Below are positions 57,101-63,333 of a stretch of 63,333 bases of DNA, in pieces (the stretch's first letter is position 1; each line of letters begins with the position of its first letter). Position numbers and translations under genes: made by a program. Source of the DNA: Xylographa opegraphella. Lineage: Eukaryota. The stretch covers positions 1-63,333 of the forward strand of contig JALDZX010000084.1 of assembly GCA_022813865.1 (NCBI GenBank), read 5' to 3'. The notes under the pieces are model-generated. The model was not told where the DNA came from, did not search any database, and saw only the letters and a program-made list of their open reading frames with translations.

Positions 57101-60100
57101 TTGCTGTCGACATCTATCACAGCGCCTTTCGATTCATCACTATGCAGGACTAAAGACAGTGTTACATGCATGCGAATATCCAGTTTCTACAGATGTGTGA
57201 CGACTGATCGGCCATAACCGCAGAGCAATTGTCCATCTATCGCCGTAGTAGACTACCAGCCGACATGAAGTGCTTGGCATTATACGGTCTCGACGCTTGA
57301 TAGCAACATGAACAGAGTTCAGCCTGGGCAGTCGGATTGTAGTGGATTTACTTCCTGCGTCCTGACGGCTCCGTTACGGCTTTGAGAGGATGTCATCCTA
57401 ATCCACATCTTAGGTCGCTCTCCGTCACCATTTGACAGCGGAGATAAGAGATTGCCAGACATTCTGGAAACAAGTCTTTGAATCAGAGTAATTGAATCAT
57501 AGTAATGCATTACAAAGTTGTATAATCGACCACCAAGACGCGGAAGCCACTTGATATTTGTGATGGAGGCCAGCTTTGCAAATTTGATCGCACACGGCCA
57601 TCACAAAGGCCGAAGTGACACACCGTTACTCTAATAACGTCAATAATCCAAGCTTGCTTTTGAAAAAGTGCTGTAAGGGAGCCGGCGTGTGCCTCTAGCT
57701 TACTCCTATCTCCCGCAAAAAATTATCACTTCGCTAGGCTCGATGTAGGCTCAGGAGGGTAGTCTAGGTCAAGAGGGTGGAATAAATTGCAAACTGAGAG
57801 ACTGGTGTCATTCATCGTATCGTTCGGAAGAGTGTACTCCTCCCTTTGCACGTATTCACTCCAACCGTAAAAAACAAGCGCAACATACTGCTGTAGACTT
57901 TGTTCTGTGAATATTGTATTCCTATCCCAAGAATAGAGGCAAAGATAACCAAGTCGATAATTTCAGCAGCTCGATCGGCTTCAAGGAATAGGCTAGACAT
58001 GTACATCCTAACAGCGAGTCAGTGATCAATACTGCGAGATTGAGTGAGGCAGGTAGTGTACTTCACAAAATGCCAAAATGCCCAGAAGGTGCCTCGTACC
58101 GTGGTCAAAACACCAATACCAAGAGCCTCTACAATCCCATCTCTATCCTAGTTATCTGCTTATAACCAACACTTCATAGGCCATGAATGACAATCCAGGG
58201 GGTCGGGTTATTCTGAATAGCCAGCTGGATATTAATGAGCTGGACCAGATTCGAGCAGATTTTGTTAGACACGTAGCAGCAATATGCATTGAGAGAAATG
58301 TGCCGTCATTGTCGAGCAGATGTTAGTAGCTCCTGTATAGCTGCAGCGGCTGGCGATGAGCTGGCAGAGTCCGTAGCATTCACAATGGCTTGTGTAAGAC
58401 CGTCGTCAAGAAGCTGTGGTTGTGACAGACCTTAATGTTACCTGCACCAGTGTAACTTACACACCTGAGTGAGGCAACACTACACGTCGGAGGTTACCAT
58501 CAGAGGCGCTGGAACGATGCTGTCGTCCGGTAAGAAATATGCCAATTCTATAGTAGATCAACCAAGTCCTATCCGTACGTCGTAGCTGTCGTTTATTTAC
58601 CAAAGATGCAGCAGGCGCTAAGGGGAATAGCAGCACTGAAGCTTTGGCTAAGTTAGCTAAAGCTTATTAGTTCTGAACTCTCTTGTCGATGATTTTCTCG
58701 CATTCCTTCCTCGGAACCAATTCATCCACTATCATCAATTGTCTCTATCGATCAACTCCTGCACACACAGGCCACAATAGTTGGGATATCTTAGCAGTTC
58801 ACGCAACCAAAAAACGGGCTATTGGTGTTCCAGAGCCCCAGAAGGTACAGATTGATCTGGCGCTGTCGAAGGAGGCTATCATTTTCAACCGCCCGACGAT
58901 CTCAGGAGACTTCCACGAAGCTTGTTCTGGTTTGCCTCCGAGTATGCTCAACGACGATCTATAAACATCAGTAAGTCGTGACTACCCCCTCCAGCTCCAT
59001 CCGTGCCATGCCAGAGTATATCAGCATTCCGATGAGCAGCGTTGATGGCCTTCAACTCTCTCTGCTATTTGATATAACAATCAATTTTTACATTAGTATT
59101 TGAATTGTAGCTTTTGATAGCTTGAATATAGCATCCTTTTCTGTCTTGCTTTTCGATAAGGCTCGGCTACTCTCGTCATGGTTTCTGGCACTGTACATTG
59201 AGTCAAACTGTCCGAAAGTCCTGTATGATAACGGTTCATGATAAATGGACTGTGCTTGTTTGAAAGCGCTAAGCTGTTTGATATCTCACTTCTCTATCAA
59301 ACATTGTTCTCATGTCTCTTCTGGACGATATCTCAACCTCCTGAGTCTGTTGTACATGCTTGTAATTCAGTGCCACACGCCGAGTTGGTTTTTATTCGCT
59401 GGGATACATCAAGGTGTTGACTCTATCTCCTGGCTCTGCATATACCTGAGGGCGGCGAAGCCTCGGCCAACATTAAAGATGTTTCTCCTTTCATGTCAGT
59501 GTCTCCTTGTGCTCGAAAGGGAAACAGTCCACTGTTATACACACCAGAATCAACTCCACATTCCCAATCATCCTCGACTAGGTTGAGGCATAATATAATC
59601 CTGTCGATAGATGATACACGTTCGCACTGAAAACCAAGAAGACGAGATTGAAGCTCATCGAATTCTTGAAGGTATCGTTCCATGTTGTATGACCTAGGAG
59701 GGACCCGAGTTGGACGAGGAGGTCTGCTTGTCAGACCATGAAAATTTGTTCCACGGCTAACTCGTGTATATTAGCCGGTGGCCTTTGGTTTGCATTGAGA
59801 CTGGAGAAGAAGGGCAGTAAGAAGGCGTTAGCTTACGACATGGTATCCGAGTTTCTGCTGTGAAAATTGGTCTAGGCTTCCCAGTTACGGCGGAAAGGTT
59901 CAGACAGTGCAGCCACCAGAAAGCTTTGACAAGCATAGATGTCCAGTGTATACGAAGGTATCTTGTTCAGATCCAACGAAGAGTATGGGAAAGTCCCCAT
60001 TTAATATCTTGAGCGCGCTGGCAAATACGTCGAATGTCACCCAGGGTAAGCTTCGTCTGCGCAGCTTGGCCTTGTCGTATGGCCCATCACATTTATCTCC

Positions 60101-63100
60101 GTGCAGGCGTGCTCGGGGTTCTGGACTGGCGGAGTTGTGGAACAACGACACCATCATCCAAGGACTGGGAACACTAGACTTGATTGCACAGGCATTGCTG
60201 CTCCTTTTGCCGTCCAGGGATATCAAAGTCATCGAAATTTGAGAGGCTGTTTGCTTGGTGTCGAGACCGATTGTAGAGCGATTCATGTTCCGGAAGGGGA
60301 ATGAATACGCTCCCCCGAAATGTGTTTCGGGATGTGGGGCCTCGCTCCACTGCAGGGGGATCTAAGGCTCACTGTACCTGTGGCTTGCAATCCACCGCGC
60401 TAGGAGCACAGCTTGGTGTTTGTTGAGGTCGCAACAAGATAGGTGCTGGTGGTCAAGGAGAGAAACGGTCAACCGTGCTGAATGACAGCAGCTTGTAGCC
60501 TTGTCACCCCTCGACTATTTGAGACTACGTCGTCCATGGAATCTAGGATCCTGCAACTTGGCTGGGGAGCGACGCCCCACTCCCTGGCTCATCACATGGC
60601 CGGGGAGAGGCGCGCGACTCCCATACTCATCACATGTGGAATGCTACAAGTCAGCCTTGAGGCATACAAAATGTGATATCACTGTTTATGCAAGTTCCCC
60701 GGTGCGCAGCTGACGGTGCGGTCTTATGACCAGCTTCGAGCAATCATACACCGGCAACTCAGCCTATCTCCGAGATTTGGCGGCCGGGTCCCACGGAATC
60801 CTCCCCATGGGCTCTGTTCATCGGTTGGAAGGATGGTGCAACGCTCTTCACAGTCAAGACGAGCACTACAAAATGGTGTTGCAGATGCAATTATGGACCA
60901 TAGCCACCGGGATCAGGTAACGGCACAGCGGCACAGACTCAATGATCTGCATTGTTTCTGGAGCGGCATTGAAGGTCGAATGGATTGCAGACCGTCAGAT
61001 TTGCGATGACTTACAAGTCTTGCGTATGATTGAAGTTTTCGCTATCGCAACTCTGAAGTTTGCCCATTGCAGAAGTGGGCTACCAGGGTACTCTCGAGCA
61101 TCCGATCAAGACTCCCAGCTCTCAGCCCACAGGGGTTCTCACCGCCTCTCCGTTATTTCGTGAACTGTCGCTGCGGCTGTTCTAGAAACTTGCTACCAAT
61201 GCCTTCTGCGCTAGCCTCCATGCAAGGCGCCACCAGCTTACGATCAAGAACATTTTGTCAACATGTGATTGCGGCAGTCTGCTTCGATTCCTTGCGGCCT
61301 TGGGCGACAGCTTTATTGACACAAAATGGCCACATCGTACGCCGTTCAAGCCGCGGTAGATCTGCAATTGAATGTAAGCATTTTGATCCCATCGACATGA
61401 TCATCAAGCTTTGGAGCCATATATACCGTACTCGCTGGATGCCTTCAGGGCGAAATCTTGTTGTAACTGCCTGTCGTTATGGGCAATTCCTTGGGGCTAG
61501 GTGCTTGGTGCCCGCACTACAGGGTCTTCTCTCAACGCCTTTGCTTTCGAAAATCGTTGGGAACCGTGAAAACAGGGCTGGCTGCAGCAGTCAGCACTAC
61601 CTCCGGATCGGTGCCGCGGTTCTCAAGTTTGCGCTCCGTCCGGCGTCATGCAAGTTGTATAAACCTCTTTCCGCGTAATGCTGCAGGTGAGGTAATTTAG
61701 TGATACCAACCGCTTGAATGTCATCAGGCACACGATCAATCTTCAAGAAATGAGAATTGGTAGAGATAAAGGGGTCGTCAGAGTTCAAAAATTCTGGTCC
61801 TCTTGCTGCGAGCAGTTCAATGGTCCACACACCCCTTATTAACTCTGTTTTCTGTAGGAATACTCTATGCGCCATCGTACCTATACCAGGATTTATTCTT
61901 GGCCCCCAATTAAATACTTTCAAGTTTCACAGGTCATGATGTCTTAGATTTTAGCCGGGTTTATTGGCCCGTTTGTCAAGCCAATGAAAAAACTCGCGAG
62001 CCACACCAAAATCTCAAGGCTGCCGCACGGTTTGAATAGGGATCGCCAATCGGCTTTGACTATTCGATCTCAAAACGGGACCTCTACAGCGTAGTGAGCG
62101 TGGCGGCAAATTCTTCCAACTCGGGGCTGGGTAAATCCTTGACTCGAGTGTGGAGACGGGAAGAAAACCCCAGCCAATGATATTCTCTTTTCAACAACGG
62201 CAAGGAGGGCATAATATTCTCTTAGAAGAAACGCCCTTCATTTTGACACATTTTCAGGCTTCGCCGTAGTGGAAGGCTCAGCTTGGAATGAGTGACAGAT
62301 TCAAATTATTGCCACAATTACTCTTTTGCCCAATACATCATCGCAGCAACACGTTAAGCTCGATGAAACATCACCTGCGTTTGAATTGATCGAATATATT
62401 GGATGATCGGATTCAAGATTGCTTTCTGCTGTCGGTTTCGCAGGTACCCATCCCTTACGAAATAACGCAATACACCTCACCGTGTCTTTGATATTTCGCA
62501 ATCAAACAACCTTGCTGCAGGACATTTTCACAGTATCTTATGCTAATTAGTGCCATGATAATAGACATTTTACGGCTTTTACTTCCGACAACTTAAAGCC
62601 GCTGCTTCATTTTTCGCGCCTCAAACATCTCCATCGATTGATACCACCTGCACCTCTCTCCAAGCTTGTCACGTTCTGCGGATCTCACATCTTATCTGGC
62701 ATCTTGCTTCTTATACTACTGCTGAATGAAGCTGCCCCTGCGGGCGAAAACCGAAACATTCTGATTCTAAGTGCTCAACCATCCATGCCTGATGGCTTGG
62801 CAGACTTAAGCAATTTTTACAATGAAAGCGGTCGACCCGTTCATACATAGGTACATGCGCCGATACGATGGACTTTCGAAGACGGTGTATCTCATCTATC
62901 TTGGCGCGAAAGCTCGGCGAGGGGAGCGGTTCGATGACGGGGCTACGACTAGCTACTCGAGAGCAAATACTGGGACAGAAGCAATAATCATAATTATATA
63001 CGGGAACCCTTCATAAGGGACCGTCTATGAAATACATAAGGGATGCCAGGTCCTTTTGATGAGCGAGAGGAGAAGTGCATATAGCGACATGAGATCTGAA

Positions 63101-63333
63101 ACTCAAGCACTATGGCCCGATTTAATGGCGAGAGGTGTTGAAGTGTGAAAATGAGTTCATTCATTTATTGAAACTATAAGGTTAGTTTGATAAATAGCCC
63201 CTTTTAAAAGGGTTGAGGCTTAGTTATTTAAAATCGTGTGGTGGATTCGGGGCGGGTCTTTTGGGCGCTTTTTTGGATTTCGAGCTTCCTTCCTCACGCA
63301 TCTGCATATAGCGATAGAGCAGCAGAGCCACAA

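Noticed and set aside
61067..61678. 203-aa ORF
   Set aside because: Non-ATG start, no codon bias or motif evident, so probably spurious.

Overview
Eukaryotic DNA from a filamentous ascomycete (Pezizomycotina-type short GT-AG introns with CTRAY branch points), with two assembly gaps near 46.8-47.2 kb. 2.7-31.3 kb is a compact housekeeping block: ERB1, SAS10/UTP3, TSC10, GLE1, SSD1, a GPI-anchored wall protein, an SDR pseudogene, a TMA17-like gene, rhomboid PCP1, an SDR, ERCC1/RAD10 and CCC1. 31.7-50.8 kb is an accessory block: a DUF4202-like gene, an HSL-family esterase, CYP504/phacA, fumarylacetoacetase, an SBF/RCH1-like transporter divergent from a TauD-like dioxygenase, a 12-exon laccase, and a head-to-head pair of paralogous secreted proteins of unknown function. 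51-63 kb has no confidently intact gene. Main leads: (1) the divergent secreted paralog pair, a candidate two-component extracellular system; (2) a helically phased array of 8 PacC-type GCCAAG sites between the transporter and the dioxygenase; (3) an Ssd1 ortholog that keeps the full DxxxxxDxDD RNase II signature and has Ssd1-type motifs in its own leader; (4) recurrent C-rich-to-G-rich skew islands; (5) an orphan CACGTG cluster. All family assignments come from reading motifs by eye. No database searches were run.
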